DNA of 64,000 nucleotides from Nitrosopumilus sp. Its GTDB lineage: Archaea > Thermoproteota > Nitrososphaeria > Nitrososphaerales > Nitrosopumilaceae. Below are positions 29,305 through 40,043 of the stretch, piece after piece. The DNA is taken from assembly GCA_965223425.1 (NCBI GenBank), contig OZ245003.1, forward strand, positions 640,001 through 704,000, written 5' to 3'. How positions within the stretch are numbered: the stretch's first letter is position 1; each line of letters begins with the position of its first letter. The notes beneath the pieces are model-generated. The model ran no database searches. It worked only from the letters and a program-made list of their open reading frames with translations, and had not been told where the DNA came from. The position numbers and the translations under genes were made by a program.

Positions 29305-29968
29305 ATTTCTTCTTAACCTCTTGTACTTGTTTTACTGGTTTACCCATTGTTGTTTTCATCATGATTCTTTTGATGTTTCTCTCCCCATTTGGCAATTTCT
29401 TTTCAACTGCGCTAAGGACAGTGTGTGCGTTTGTTGCCAAATCTGCGTCTTCCATAGACTCGTCTCCAATTTTACATGCCATGGACAAAGATGCTCTTGT
29501 TCTAACTTTGATTGATGATCTAAATCTTTGTAAAAATGATTCGATAGGCGCATTAAATGGTACTGGTGTTGGCATTTTTCCTCTAGGACCTAAAAGCTGA
29601 CCCAAAGTTTTTCCGACAACTGGCATGACTTGTGTGTCTGCCAAAAAGAAATCATATTTGTTAATAAATTTTCGAGATTCTCTTTTGTTGGCTGCAAATT
29701 TGTCTAACTCACTAGTTCCAATAACCGAGTCCGCATTTGCCTGTTTTGCTTTCTGACCCATATCCCCCGTGGCCATAACACAGACAGTCGCCGGAGAACT
29801 TGTTTTTGGAAGCTGAACCACGTCGTTGAGTGCAAATCCCTTCTTAACATCAATATCTTTGAAGTTTATGATCAACTCTATTGATTGTTTGAATTTTCTC
29901 TGTTTGGCTGTAGTCTTGACTTTTTTAATCATTTCAGCAAGTTCTGTCTCTGTAATCATTACGAACAT
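29297..29968 (-). CDS. rpl1: 50S ribosomal protein L1
   Basis: RKFKQSIEL, LGPRGKMP, KTTMG. Confidence 0.96.
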   Translation of the reverse strand: MFVMITETELAEMIKKVKTTAKQRKFKQSIELIINFKDIDVKKGFALNDVVQLPKTSSPATVCVMATGDMGQKAKQANADSVIGTSELDKFAANKRESRKFINKYDFFLADTQVMPVVGKTLGQLLGPRGKMPTPVPFNAPIESFLQRFRSSIKVRTRASLSMACKIGDESMEDADLATNAHTVLSAVEKKLPNGERNIKRIMMKTTMGKPVKQVQEVKKKYA

Positions 29969-30125
29969 TTTCGAAAAAGCCTACTTAAAATCGTTTAGAG
30001 ATTCGGTTTCTGATAATGATGTATTTTAAAAAAATCATACTTTTTTTACAAAATAGTTGTAATTTCAAATGAAATTCCTCCCAAAACCTACATATATTAA
30101 ATCACAATCTAAATTCCCTAATACG

Positions 30126-30581
30126 ATGCACAGATTCGACGATCTTGACATGAAACTGCTTTATGAGTTGACCAAAGATGGATCTATCTCTGTTCCTACC
30201 TTATCAAAGAAACTTGGGATTAATGCATCTGTGCTGTACAGCAGAATCAAGAGATTGATGAAGAAAAAGCTGATCAAAAAGTTTACCGTCGAAATTGATG
30301 ACTCTTTGTTGGGCATTGGTGTGAAGGCATCTGTTGGAATCAACCGAGATCCTAAATTCAAGGATTCGATTCATAAAAAATTCATGGAAACGCCGGAAGT
30401 TGCCTCAATTTCAGAAATCACTGGCAGGTTCGATATCATGATTCAGGTTTACGCTAAGAATCTTGAAACTCTTCATTCTGTGGTGATTGAGAAGATTGGA
30501 AAAATCGAAGGGATTCAAAATACTGAAACCTTTGTAGAGTTACAAAAAACCGATAAAGATCCTGTTTACCTAATTCAATAA
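30126..30581 (+). CDS. Lrp/AsnC-family transcriptional regulator
   Basis: DDLDMKLL HTH, ITGRFD; likely start 30126. Confidence 0.92.
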   Translation: MHRFDDLDMKLLYELTKDGSISVPTLSKKLGINASVLYSRIKRLMKKKLIKKFTVEIDDSLLGIGVKASVGINRDPKFKDSIHKKFMETPEVASISEITGRFDIMIQVYAKNLETLHSVVIEKIGKIEGIQNTETFVELQKTDKDPVYLIQ

Positions 30582-31061
30582 TTATTGGAATTTTTCATCC
30601 CATTTGCCATCATTGATTTCGGCAGTAATTTCTTTTGGAGTTTTTCCTTCAACTTTTACTCCTAATGCCACACATGTGCCGATGATAGTTTTTGCAACTG
30701 ATTTTAATGAAGAGGCATAAGATTTCTCAAGTTTTGTATTTGCCACTTTGACAATAGAATCCATTGTAACATCTCCTGCCCAATCAGTACCTGACGTGCC
30801 TGAACCTTTTTGGATTCCTGCTTCCTTCATAATTAGTGCCGCGGCAGATGGAATGCCAATTTCAATTTCATACTTTTTTGTATCGCTATCAACAACTACG
30901 GTTACAGGAACCTTCATTCCTTCAAAATCCTTTGTTTTGTCATTAATTGCATTAATAACTTCCATAATGTTTACCCCTAGAGGTCCCAATGCAGGTCCTA
31001 ATGGCGGCCCTGCAGATGCTCCTCCTCCGGTCACAAGCGATGATATTTTTTGTTCTCCCAT
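30582..31061 (-). CDS. rpl11: 50S ribosomal protein L11
   Basis: GGGASAGPPLGPALGPLG. Confidence 0.97.
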   Translation of the reverse strand: MGEQKISSLVTGGGASAGPPLGPALGPLGVNIMEVINAINDKTKDFEGMKVPVTVVVDSDTKKYEIEIGIPSAAALIMKEAGIQKGSGTSGTDWAGDVTMDSIVKVANTKLEKSYASSLKSVAKTIIGTCVALGVKVEGKTPKEITAEINDGKWDEKFQ

Positions 31062-31096
31062 GTTTTATTCACTTTATATGAAAAATTTAATCCTTC

Positions 31097-31555
31097 CTAA
31101 GCCCCACTTGATAGTTTTAGGTAGTTTGCGTCTACTGTTACCGGTAATTGGTATGATGCATCTAACAAAACCACCGTTGCTTCCTCTTTTTCAACGTCTA
31201 TTCTTGTAATTGTTGCCTTCATTCCCTTGAATGGGCCTCCTGTGATTTCCACTACGTTGTCTACTGCTAATTGTGAAACCGTTGATTTCTTAATTAGATA
31301 TCCTTCAATATCTTTGAATTCTAATTCTCCTCTTAATTGACCCCGAATGTGTCTTATCCCTTCCACTGCCATGTATGCATCACTTGGATTGATTGCCTCA
31401 ATTACGACATAGCCTTTTAGATTATCAACTAACAAAACTGATTGAATGTTAATTTTGTTTGTACTTGCTTTTGCTTCTAATAACCTCATTACCACTTTTT
31501 CTTGTCCTCCAGTGGTTCTAATTGCAAACAAGTGTGATTTTACTTCTTCAGACAT
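31097..31555 (-). CDS. spt5: Transcription elongation factor Spt5/NusG
   Basis: FAIRTTGGQE, KGYVVIEA, KOW VEITGGPFKG. Confidence 0.95.
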   Translation of the reverse strand: MSEEVKSHLFAIRTTGGQEKVVMRLLEAKASTNKINIQSVLLVDNLKGYVVIEAINPSDAYMAVEGIRHIRGQLRGELEFKDIEGYLIKKSTVSQLAVDNVVEITGGPFKGMKATITRIDVEKEEATVVLLDASYQLPVTVDANYLKLSSGA

Positions 31556-31556
31556 T

Positions 31557-31730
31557 TTACCTACCAAATGTTATTACCGAAAAGACAAATTGAATTGTAA
31601 ATCCGATTGCGCCAACTCCTGCTATTCCCAGTAATACCAATCTAAGGTGCTGTTGATACTCATCTTTGTCTGGTTTTTTGGCCATTTTCATAGTATTGGC
31701 CATATTTTTCAAAGTCTGTCTAGGGTTCAT
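31557..31730 (-). CDS. secE: Protein translocase subunit SecE/Sec61-gamma (57 aa, not in ORF track)
   Basis: Hand translation MNPRQTLKNMANTMKMAKKPDKDEY...LLGIAGVGAIGFTIQ; conserved position before spt5. Confidence 0.9.
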   Translation of the reverse strand: MNPRQTLKNMANTMKMAKKPDKDEYQQHLRLVLLGIAGVGAIGFTIQFVFSVITFGR

Positions 31731-31769
31731 TGCTGGAAATTAATAAGGTGTCCTTATATCTCTTATCTC

Positions 31770-32546
31770 ATGGAACTACTGGTTGCGTATCACGATGACC
31801 CAGCTGGTCATAATATGGCAAAATTTCTTTCAAAAGAAATGACTCTAGAAGGTGATATTTTTCGTGGTAAATATTATGATCTGGTGATAATTCCCACTCC
31901 GGCAATTTCTGCTGATTGGTTAGAAGAAAAATATGATTATGATGGGTTTGTATTTCTTTCAAAACATGCCGCCGAATCCGGAGTATTGGCCTTGACTTGT
32001 CATAGTACTGGAAACTTTTCTGAAGCAAAATTTGGTGGAAATGACAGACAAATTGCAATTCCTCATCCGTCTCTTCAAAAAGCATATCTACAAACTTTAA
32101 AGAAAAACCAACCTAAATTCTCAGAATTTCAAATTACTATTGAAGCTACACATCATGGACCTACTGCTTTAACCAAGCCCTCAATTTTCATTGAAATAGG
32201 CACCACCGAAAAACAATGGAATGATGTATCTTTATGCAACTCAGTTGCGTCTTTAGTTCATCAAGTAATGGCGCAACCAATTGAGGAAGACCCCGTAGCC
32301 ATTTGTTTTGGCGGAACTCATTATCCTTCAAAATTTACTAATGAATTACTTGATGGAAAATTTGCCCTTGGAACTGTAATACCAAAGCATGCATTAGATG
32401 ATCTAGATGAAAAATTATTTTCTCAGATTATCAAACAGAATAGTATGGCAAAAGCTGCTCTTTTAGATTGGGGCGGATTAGGATCCAATAAGCAAAAAGT
32501 ACTTAACTATCTTGAATCCACAGAATTAGAGGTCATCAAACTTTGA
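31770..32546 (+). CDS. dtdA: D-aminoacyl-tRNA deacylase (archaeal DTD2)
   Basis: FLSKH, LTCHSTGN, EATHHGPT, FIEIG, GGTHY. Confidence 0.92.
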   Translation: MELLVAYHDDPAGHNMAKFLSKEMTLEGDIFRGKYYDLVIIPTPAISADWLEEKYDYDGFVFLSKHAAESGVLALTCHSTGNFSEAKFGGNDRQIAIPHPSLQKAYLQTLKKNQPKFSEFQITIEATHHGPTALTKPSIFIEIGTTEKQWNDVSLCNSVASLVHQVMAQPIEEDPVAICFGGTHYPSKFTNELLDGKFALGTVIPKHALDDLDEKLFSQIIKQNSMAKAALLDWGGLGSNKQKVLNYLESTELEVIKL

Positions 32547-32842
32547 ATCTTGAACAAAAAGTTTACAAAAAATTACTAGATGTGCCAAAAGGTCAAATCA
32601 CCACTTATGGTGAATTGGCAAAAGCTGTGGGATTAAAAAATGGTCAGCGAGTTGTTGGAAAAATTATGAACAAGAACCCTTACCCTGTGATTGTTCCATG
32701 TCATAGAGTTGTAATGTCTACTGGAAAAATTGGCGGTTATGCCTATGGAGAACATATCAAAACAAAATTGCTAAACGACGAGGGCATTCAAATTAAAAAT
32801 GGTAAAATTTTAGATCAGGAAAAACGAATATACCGATTCTAG
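32543..32842 (+). CDS. ogt: Methylated-DNA--protein-cysteine methyltransferase
   Basis: TYGELA, IVPCHRVV. Confidence 0.93.
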   Translation: MNLEQKVYKKLLDVPKGQITTYGELAKAVGLKNGQRVVGKIMNKNPYPVIVPCHRVVMSTGKIGGYAYGEHIKTKLLNDEGIQIKNGKILDQEKRIYRF

Positions 32843-32848
32843 CTATAG

Positions 32849-33301
32849 CTAACTTCTTTTTGCTTTAATTTCTTCCATCAATGTTCTAAGATGTGCTTTG
32901 TTTCTAACAGTATTTCCGCCAACTTTTTTGTATAATGCCCAAAATTCTGGATTTGTTAAATCTTTTCTGTCTTTTGCAATCTTTAGCAATCGTCTTAATG
33001 AGCGAACCTTAGCAACGTATACTTGTTTTTTACCTACCCGCGCCCCTTTTCTGCCTTGTTTTGAGCCTTGAGTTGTACCTCTTTTGTTCTTTTGAGCTTT
33101 CTTTCTTTGTGCCCTGCCTCTGGACGTACCTACAAATGACTTGATTTTGATTGTATTTGCCGTAATTAGACTTCTGATATTTTCTCTTGTGATTGCATCT
33201 GCAACATCATCTAGATGATCAGCGTCAAATTTTATTCTATGGACACCAACCCCGGTAACCCTGGATGCTAGTCTTTTCTTAGCTTTAAGGTTTACTACCA
33301 C
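32849..33301 (-). CDS. rpl19e: 50S ribosomal protein L19e
   Basis: KRLASRV.GVG..RI, AITRENIRSLI, G.RKG. Confidence 0.95.
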   Translation of the reverse strand: MVVNLKAKKRLASRVTGVGVHRIKFDADHLDDVADAITRENIRSLITANTIKIKSFVGTSRGRAQRKKAQKNKRGTTQGSKQGRKGARVGKKQVYVAKVRSLRRLLKIAKDRKDLTNPEFWALYKKVGGNTVRNKAHLRTLMEEIKAKRS

Positions 33302-33692
33302 TTGCGCTCACCCTTGCGTTAAAAATTTTGAATTTACTTTCTACTGCTTTGGCAACAATTTCTTTTCTTTTTTTAGTGCCAACACCGTGTGCAAATCTAA
33401 TGCCGTCTTTTTTTGGATCTAATTTTTCTAAATCTGTTAAATTGTAAACTAAATTGTCTGTAAATCCTGAAGGATGCAACCCTCTTGCTTCTTTTGGTCC
33501 TCCATATCCAACTTTAACTAATCCTGGACGGCCTCTGCTCTTTTGTTTTCTCTGATGATGATCAATACCCTTTGGCTTTCTCCAATTAGTTTGCAGTCTA
33601 ACATAACGCCAACTCTCTGGTCTGACAAATTCAGGATTGTGTTCTTTTACTTCCTGCCTCTTTGCAAGTTTATCTTTATTGATTGACATCAT
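33285..33692 (-). CDS. rpl32e: 50S ribosomal protein L32e
   Basis: WRKPKGID, GYG, RGLHPSG. Confidence 0.95.
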   Translation of the reverse strand: MMSINKDKLAKRQEVKEHNPEFVRPESWRYVRLQTNWRKPKGIDHHQRKQKSRGRPGLVKVGYGGPKEARGLHPSGFTDNLVYNLTDLEKLDPKKDGIRFAHGVGTKKRKEIVAKAVESKFKIFNARVSASGSKP

Positions 33693-33886
33693 AGTGGCTC
33701 TTGAATTTTGAAATAAATACGTTCCTAGACTAGAAAAAATTTCAGATAGGAAAGAGATAATAAGGAAATTCAAGGCGGATCGAAATATCTCATGACCGAG
33801 CCTGAGATTGTTAAAATAAATTTTGGAGGTCTGACCCTCTGACCCAAGTTGTAGGTACAGCTGTAACTGACAAATTTTCATCACAA

Positions 33887-35443
33887 TTGACAACATTTGG
33901 AATCAATCCTTCAAAAGTTCACAGAAACCTCAGTGTGGATGAAATGGTATCCATATCCGTTGATAGAAACGAGGGCGTTGTAAATTCGACAGGATCCCTT
34001 TCTGTAAATACTGGAAAATATACTGGCAGATCCCCTGATGACCGCTTTATTGTGTATGATGACAAAACCCATGATGCTGTTGATTGGGGAAAAATCAACC
34101 ATCAATTCCCAAGTGGTAAATTTGAAAAGTTGCTTGAAAAAATGAAAAACTTTGTTGATGACAAAGAACTCTTTGTCTTTGACGGTTTTGTGGGAGCTGA
34201 TCCGGAAACTCGTTTGCCAATCAGAGTGATCAATGATCATGTTTGGCAAAATATGTTTTCTGGTAACTTGTTTATTCGACCCGCTAATGAAGAACTAGAA
34301 AACCATGAACCTGAATTTACTATTTTATGCGTTAATGACTTTAAGGCAGTGCCAGAAATTGATGGAACCAGAACTGATGTCTTTATTCTAATTGATTTAA
34401 CGAGAAAGATTGTTTTGATTGGAGGAACCGAATATGCAGGTGAAATGAAAAAATCAATGTTTAGCGTAATGAATTTTCTGTTACCAGATCGTGGAATTTT
34501 TCCAATGCACTGTTCTGCTAATATTGGTGAAAAAGGTGACACTGCATTATTTTTTGGACTGTCTGGTACTGGTAAGACTACTCTTTCAGCGGATCCTAAC
34601 AGAAGACTGATTGGTGATGACGAACATGGTTGGTCTGATAATGGAACATTTAATTTTGAAGGCGGCTGCTATGCAAAATGCATCAATCTTAGTCAAGAAG
34701 CAGAACCTGAAATATGGAATGCAATTAAATCCGGCGCACTTTTAGAAAATGTTGTCCTAAAGGATAACATTCCAGACTATGACGATAACAGCTTGACAGA
34801 AAACACTCGTGTTGGATACCCGTTAGGTTACATTCCCGGTGCAGTGATTCCAAGTGTTGGTGGAAATCCTAGAGTTATTGTATTTTTGACTGCAGATGCG
34901 TTGGGTGTTTTACCTCCAGTCTCTAGACTCACAAAAGAGGGTGCAATGTATCACTTTATGTCCGGCTATACCAGTAAATTGGCAGGAACTGAAAGGGGAA
35001 TTAAAGAACCCAAATCCGTATTTTCGCAGTGTTTTGGAGCACCATTCATGCCCAGACCTGCTTCAGTTTATGCAAAACTGTTAGGAGAAAAAATCAACCA
35101 GCACAACACTGTAGTCTATCTCATCAACACCGGGTGGTCCGGTGGCCCATATGGAGTTGGAAAAAGAATCAAGATCAAGTACAGCCGGGCTATGGTGACT
35201 GCGGCGCTTTCAGGAGCACTTGATATTGTAAAGTATAGCCACAATGATTTGTTTAATTTGGATATCCCTGCAGAAGTTGGCGGGGTTCCTTCTGATATTT
35301 TGGATCCAAAAAATACTTGGATTGACAAGGATTCGTATGATCTTTCTGCAAAAAAATTAGCCCAGATGTTTGTTGAAAATTTTGCAAAGTTTGAAAATAT
35401 TTCACCTGAAATAATTAACGCTGGCCCTAAATCTGCACAATAA
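33887..35443 (+). CDS. pckA: Phosphoenolpyruvate carboxykinase (ATP); may start at CTG 33839
   Basis: TGRSP, YAGEMKK, GLSGTGKTTLS, LIGDDEHGW, FNFEGGCYAK. Confidence 0.97.
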   Translation: MTTFGINPSKVHRNLSVDEMVSISVDRNEGVVNSTGSLSVNTGKYTGRSPDDRFIVYDDKTHDAVDWGKINHQFPSGKFEKLLEKMKNFVDDKELFVFDGFVGADPETRLPIRVINDHVWQNMFSGNLFIRPANEELENHEPEFTILCVNDFKAVPEIDGTRTDVFILIDLTRKIVLIGGTEYAGEMKKSMFSVMNFLLPDRGIFPMHCSANIGEKGDTALFFGLSGTGKTTLSADPNRRLIGDDEHGWSDNGTFNFEGGCYAKCINLSQEAEPEIWNAIKSGALLENVVLKDNIPDYDDNSLTENTRVGYPLGYIPGAVIPSVGGNPRVIVFLTADALGVLPPVSRLTKEGAMYHFMSGYTSKLAGTERGIKEPKSVFSQCFGAPFMPRPASVYAKLLGEKINQHNTVVYLINTGWSGGPYGVGKRIKIKYSRAMVTAALSGALDIVKYSHNDLFNLDIPAEVGGVPSDILDPKNTWIDKDSYDLSAKKLAQMFVENFAKFENISPEIINAGPKSAQ

Positions 35444-35444
35444 T

Positions 35445-37472
35445 CTACTTTCTTTTGATAAATCCGACCATGCTTACTATTATTATGATTCCTGCAATTA
35501 TTCCAATCTGTTTTTCTGGAACATCTAATATTTCTAATCTTTGAGAATTTTCTGGAAGAGAGTTAATTTCAATCGTATTAAACGCATTTGATACACTTCC
35601 ATTAGTCCTAATTTTAGCATTTATCCAGTATTCGGCGTTTTCGTAAATTTTTGTTGCCGCTATTTTACTTGGCGTTGCAGTCGTTATGTCTGTCTTTCCA
35701 TCCCTGCTATTTGTTACTGAAATTTTTGCAAAATCCCACCCTTCTGGATGATAAATTTCAAAGACAAGTTTTTGACTATTCTGGATTACAGAAATTGAAC
35801 CTGGTGTATAATGTAGTAAGAATGGAATTATATATGACGTATCGCCATGATTTACAATTATTTTTCCTTCATGCTCCCCGAAATTCTCTTCAAGCATGTT
35901 CATTTTGACCTGTAAGGTATTTTTTTCAATAGCATGTGCAAATTTTATGAATTTTGGCCCTTCGAATTTCACATCAATATCGTCCAATGCACCGCCAATC
36001 AATTTTAACGCAAATTGTTTTTCAGCGGCTCGATCATTTGATGACAAGTTCACCACAAAATTTGGTGGTGTAATGATCAGTTTTGCGCCATACGCATTGC
36101 CAATGTCTAATCTTCCTGCACCTGATTCATGAACTGAAAATTCCTGACCATAGGCGTCAGAAACAGGCTCAGATGTCGTGAGTAGCAGTGATTTAATTTC
36201 ATGATGATGCAGTTCAGGATTTTTTTGAAGTAATAATGCCGCTGCACCTGAAACGTGTGGTGCAGCATAACTGGTTCCGCTAGTAAAGTCATATCCTGCA
36301 TTGTTTTGTGTAGAATTGATATATGCGCCAGGTGCTACAATTTCTGGTTTTAGATAAAATGGTGATACTGGTCCCCTAGAACTAAAATGTGCTACAAAGT
36401 CTGGATTGTAAAACAAATGCAGGCTTGCTTCATTACCGTTTTTCATTGAATCTGTGATTTGAAGCCCCTCTTTTCTGTCTATGGATACAACTGGAATCTG
36501 CGGTTTGTATCCCGGTTCTATAAACTCGTGAATTAGCTCACCTAAGAAAATACCTGGTTCATTGTTGTAAACAATCAAGGCTTTAGCTCCTGCAGTTGCT
36601 GCATTTTTTTCTTTGATTGAAAAATACAATAATTCCCCTTCAACGTCACTTCCCCTTTCAACAATTAGTATTGCGTCTTTAACATCAAGTTCTTTCAGGT
36701 TCTCAATTTTTCCATAACCTCCAAAAATTATTTTGCCTGTGATTGGCTCTTCTAGTTTTGTAGAGCCCACCATTGGAATTATGGTATATGGCTTTTCATC
36801 TACCTCTAATGTTGCAACCAAACTAGAAGTCAGGTTGTTGTACGTTGCGCCAACTGTAACTGAGCCAAAATTTCTACCTGGGCTGCCAATTGTCTTAAAA
36901 TTTGGCCCGTCGTTACCTGCGGCAGTTACTACAAAAATTTCTTTTTCTAATGCGTGATTTATTGCCCGCTCAATCTTGGTGTTTGTTTTGTTGACCCCTA
37001 AACTAATGTTGATAATGTCTGCTCCGTCTTCTACAGCTTTTTCAACAGCTCTGGTGATTAATTCTGATGATACCCCCTCCCCGTCTTCTGAAACTTTGTA
37101 AGCAAGAATTTTTGCCTTGGGTGCTATTCCAACTGCTTGTCCATCAGCTGCAATTACACCTGCGACTTGGGTACCGTGACCATTTGTGTCCATAGGAGGC
37201 TGACCCTCCTGTATGAAATTGTATCCGCCCACCACTTTTCCATCAGGACCCCATCCAAAAAGATCTGGGTGATTAAAGTCCACCCCCGTATCAATTACTG
37301 CTATCTTAATTCCGGTTCCGTCAATTCCATCCATCCTTGGAATATCGGTTCCAACGTATGGAACGCTTCTCTCAAGATATGTCTGAATTTCGTTTTCAGG
37401 TTGTAAGGGTTGAGATAAAACAAATCCTGCCAAAAATACCGCTATCAAAGAAAAAATTACTAAGAATTTCAC
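35445..37472 (-). CDS. S8 subtilisin-like serine peptidase with PA domain, signal peptide and C-terminal anchor
   Basis: IDTG, HGTQVAG, SGTSYAAPHV. Confidence 0.95.
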   Translation of the reverse strand: MKFLVIFSLIAVFLAGFVLSQPLQPENEIQTYLERSVPYVGTDIPRMDGIDGTGIKIAVIDTGVDFNHPDLFGWGPDGKVVGGYNFIQEGQPPMDTNGHGTQVAGVIAADGQAVGIAPKAKILAYKVSEDGEGVSSELITRAVEKAVEDGADIINISLGVNKTNTKIERAINHALEKEIFVVTAAGNDGPNFKTIGSPGRNFGSVTVGATYNNLTSSLVATLEVDEKPYTIIPMVGSTKLEEPITGKIIFGGYGKIENLKELDVKDAILIVERGSDVEGELLYFSIKEKNAATAGAKALIVYNNEPGIFLGELIHEFIEPGYKPQIPVVSIDRKEGLQITDSMKNGNEASLHLFYNPDFVAHFSSRGPVSPFYLKPEIVAPGAYINSTQNNAGYDFTSGTSYAAPHVSGAAALLLQKNPELHHHEIKSLLLTTSEPVSDAYGQEFSVHESGAGRLDIGNAYGAKLIITPPNFVVNLSSNDRAAEKQFALKLIGGALDDIDVKFEGPKFIKFAHAIEKNTLQVKMNMLEENFGEHEGKIIVNHGDTSYIIPFLLHYTPGSISVIQNSQKLVFEIYHPEGWDFAKISVTNSRDGKTDITTATPSKIAATKIYENAEYWINAKIRTNGSVSNAFNTIEINSLPENSQRLEILDVPEKQIGIIAGIIIIVSMVGFIKRK

Positions 37473-37550
37473 AAATTTTCTAACTATTTTAACAAGTAAA
37501 AATGAATTGCTTGCTAAAGCAATAAATTGAATAAATTTTCCAAAGAATTC

Positions 37551-38171
37551 ATGGGAAAATACACACTTCCTGAAATGCCATATGCTTATGATGCATTAGA
37601 ACCTCACATTGACGCAAGAACAATGGAGATTCATCATACAAAACATCATCAAACATACACTGACAAACTAAATGCAGCTCTTGAAACATGTCCTGCTGAG
37701 ATTCAAGAAAAAGATATCATTGACATTTTGTCTGATATTAACTCAGTACCAGAAGACAAAAGAGGTGCAATTAATTTCAACGGTGGTGGTTATGATAACC
37801 ATAGGCTATTTTGGAATAACATGAAAGCAAATGGAGGCGGAGAACCTGGAGGATCAATTGCTGATGCAATTAACGATTCTTTTGGAAGCTTCTCTGACTT
37901 TAAAGAGAAATTTTCATCCACTACAGCAGTAATTCAAGGCAGTGGTTGGGGATGGTTAGTATACAATCCTTCTTCAGGAAAGGTTGAGTACAAATCAATG
38001 CCAAACCAAACTAGTCCAAGAACAGAAGGATTGGTGCCGTTATTAGGCTGTGATGTATGGGAGCATGCATACTATCTCAACTATCAAAACAAGAGACCTG
38101 TCTATATCGAAGCATGGTGGAATGTAGTTAATTGGGATGAAGTAGAAGATAGATTCTCAAAAGCAAAATAA
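37551..38171 (+). CDS. sod: Fe/Mn superoxide dismutase
   Basis: [21 protein letters not shown]. Confidence 0.97.
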   Translation: MGKYTLPEMPYAYDALEPHIDARTMEIHHTKHHQTYTDKLNAALETCPAEIQEKDIIDILSDINSVPEDKRGAINFNGGGYDNHRLFWNNMKANGGGEPGGSIADAINDSFGSFSDFKEKFSSTTAVIQGSGWGWLVYNPSSGKVEYKSMPNQTSPRTEGLVPLLGCDVWEHAYYLNYQNKRPVYIEAWWNVVNWDEVEDRFSKAK

Positions 38172-38259
38172 AGTTTTAATCTTTATTTTTTTTTATTTAT
38201 TTTTCATTATCCATATTTTATGAATGAATTTATAACCATCCGTGAAAGGCTTGTTGTAA

Positions 38260-38685
38260 ATGAGCGAAGAACAGGCACAGCAATTAATGCAGCAAATGCA
38301 AATGCTTGAAACATATTTTTCTGATCTATCCCAAAGAGAGGGAACTTTTCTCAATGTTTTAAGAGAGGCAACTGCTGCAATTGAATCAATCAAATCTCTT
38401 AATCAGGAATCTGACTCTGATACTCTTGTTCCAATTGGAATGGGAACATATGTTCCTACAAAAATTTCATCTGCTAACAAAATTATTTTGAATATCGGTG
38501 CGGGAGTTGCTGTGGAAAAAGACTTTCCTTCAACCATCAACTATCTTGAAGCACGAATTAAAGAAATTGAAGTTGCTCTACAAGATACTGCTGCAAAAAA
38601 ACAAGATGCTGCAGCACGATTAGAGCAAGGAAAAGGACAAATTAATCAATTAATGCAAGCTGAATCACAACCAAAATCGGGATAA
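38260..38685 (+). CDS. pfdA: Prefoldin alpha subunit
   Basis: [19 protein letters not shown]; precedes ftsY. Confidence 0.93.
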   Translation: MSEEQAQQLMQQMQMLETYFSDLSQREGTFLNVLREATAAIESIKSLNQESDSDTLVPIGMGTYVPTKISSANKIILNIGAGVAVEKDFPSTINYLEARIKEIEVALQDTAAKKQDAAARLEQGKGQINQLMQAESQPKSG

Positions 38686-38687
38686 AC

Positions 38688-40043
38688 ATGTTTGATAATC
38701 TTCGTAATGCATTTTCTAATGCAGCGAAAAGTCTTGGTGAGAAAGAGCTTAATGAAAAAGATATTGAGGATATTCTTTTTGAATTAGAGCTTTCTCTTTT
38801 AGAATCTGATGTCGCAGGGGAAGTTATTGATGCAATCAAATCTGATTTAAAAACAAAATTACTTGGTTCAAAAATCAACAAACATGAGATTGAAAAATTT
38901 GTTAAAGATAGTTTGATTTCAAATGTTTCTGCCCTGTTTGATGATGCAGGAAAAATTAACCTTTTTGACAAAATTAATGAAAAAAAGAAACGAGAACAGC
39001 CGTTTTTGATTTTATTTGTTGGAATTAACGGAACTGGAAAAACTACTTCTTTAGCCAAAGTTGCATATATGTTACAGCAGGCAAAATATTCTGTTGTTGT
39101 CGCAGCATCTGATACTTTTAGAGCTGGTGCCATAGAACAATTACGTGAACATACTAAACGTCTAAACCTGAAACTTGTTGCACAGAATTATAATTCAGAT
39201 CCTGCTGCTGTTGCTAGGGATGCAGTATTGTATGCAAAATCTCACAAAACAGATTGTGTGTTGATTGATACTGCAGGTAGAATGCAGACAAGCAAAAATT
39301 TGATGGAGCAAATTGAAAAAATTACCAAAGTTGTTAATCCTGACATGAAAATTTTTGTAGGTGATTCATTAGCCGGAAATGATACTGTTAATCAGGCACG
39401 TGAATTCTTTGAACATGTTAAATTTGATGCTTCTATTTTGACTAAAAGTGATGCAGATGCACGAGGGGGAGCTGCCTTATCAATTGTTAAAGTCACTTCT
39501 ACTCCTGTAATTTATGTTGGAGTTGGACAAGAATACTCTGATCTAAAACCTTTTGATAAGACAACTTTTCTGGAAACTGTTTTTGGTTCTTTAGATGATG
39601 TCGATGTAAAGAAAGCAGATGAACCAGAACCGACACCAGAACCGACACCAGAACCGACACCAGAACCGACACCAGAACCGACACCAGAACCGACACCAGA
39701 ACCGACACCAGAACCGACACCAGAACCGACACCAGAACCGACACCAGAACCGACACCAGAACCGACACCAGAACCGACACCAGAACCGACACCAGAACCG
39801 ACACCAGAACCGACACCAGAACAAGATTCTTCTTCTGATGATCCGTTTGAGGGAATTAATGATGATGATATTACAACTTATTCAGAAGTATATGATATTC
39901 CTCCACCTGAAAATGATGATGAAGCAATCAAACTGGGAAACAAAATTCGTGAATGGATAAAAAATGGTCGACTTGGTGGGTCTAAAGATGAAGAAGAAAA
40001 CCCTAAAAAGCAACGAGGTAGGTTTGGATTCCTTAAGAAATGA
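38688..40043 (+). CDS. ftsY: Signal recognition particle receptor FtsY with C-terminal PEPT repeat
   Basis: [25 protein letters not shown]. Confidence 0.96.
   Translation: MFDNLRNAFSNAAKSLGEKELNEKDIEDILFELELSLLESDVAGEVIDAIKSDLKTKLLGSKINKHEIEKFVKDSLISNVSALFDDAGKINLFDKINEKKKREQPFLILFVGINGTGKTTSLAKVAYMLQQAKYSVVVAASDTFRAGAIEQLREHTKRLNLKLVAQNYNSDPAAVARDAVLYAKSHKTDCVLIDTAGRMQTSKNLMEQIEKITKVVNPDMKIFVGDSLAGNDTVNQAREFFEHVKFDASILTKSDADARGGAALSIVKVTSTPVIYVGVGQEYSDLKPFDKTTFLETVFGSLDDVDVKKADEPEPTPEPTPEPTPEPTPEPTPEPTPEPTPEPTPEPTPEPTPEPTPEPTPEPTPEPTPEPTPEPTPEQDSSSDDPFEGINDDDITTYSEVYDIPPPENDDEAIKLGNKIREWIKNGRLGGSKDEEENPKKQRGRFGFLKK
39624..39821 (+). repeat. Perfect 12-bp tandem repeat (ccagaaccgaca) x16.5 inside ftsY
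   Basis: 16 full units 39624-39815 plus a half unit. Confidence 0.97.

Noticed and set aside
39499-39960. Repetitive ORFs (SVLV)n, (CRFW)n, (HQNR)n
   Set aside because: Alternative frames of the ftsY 12-bp repeat
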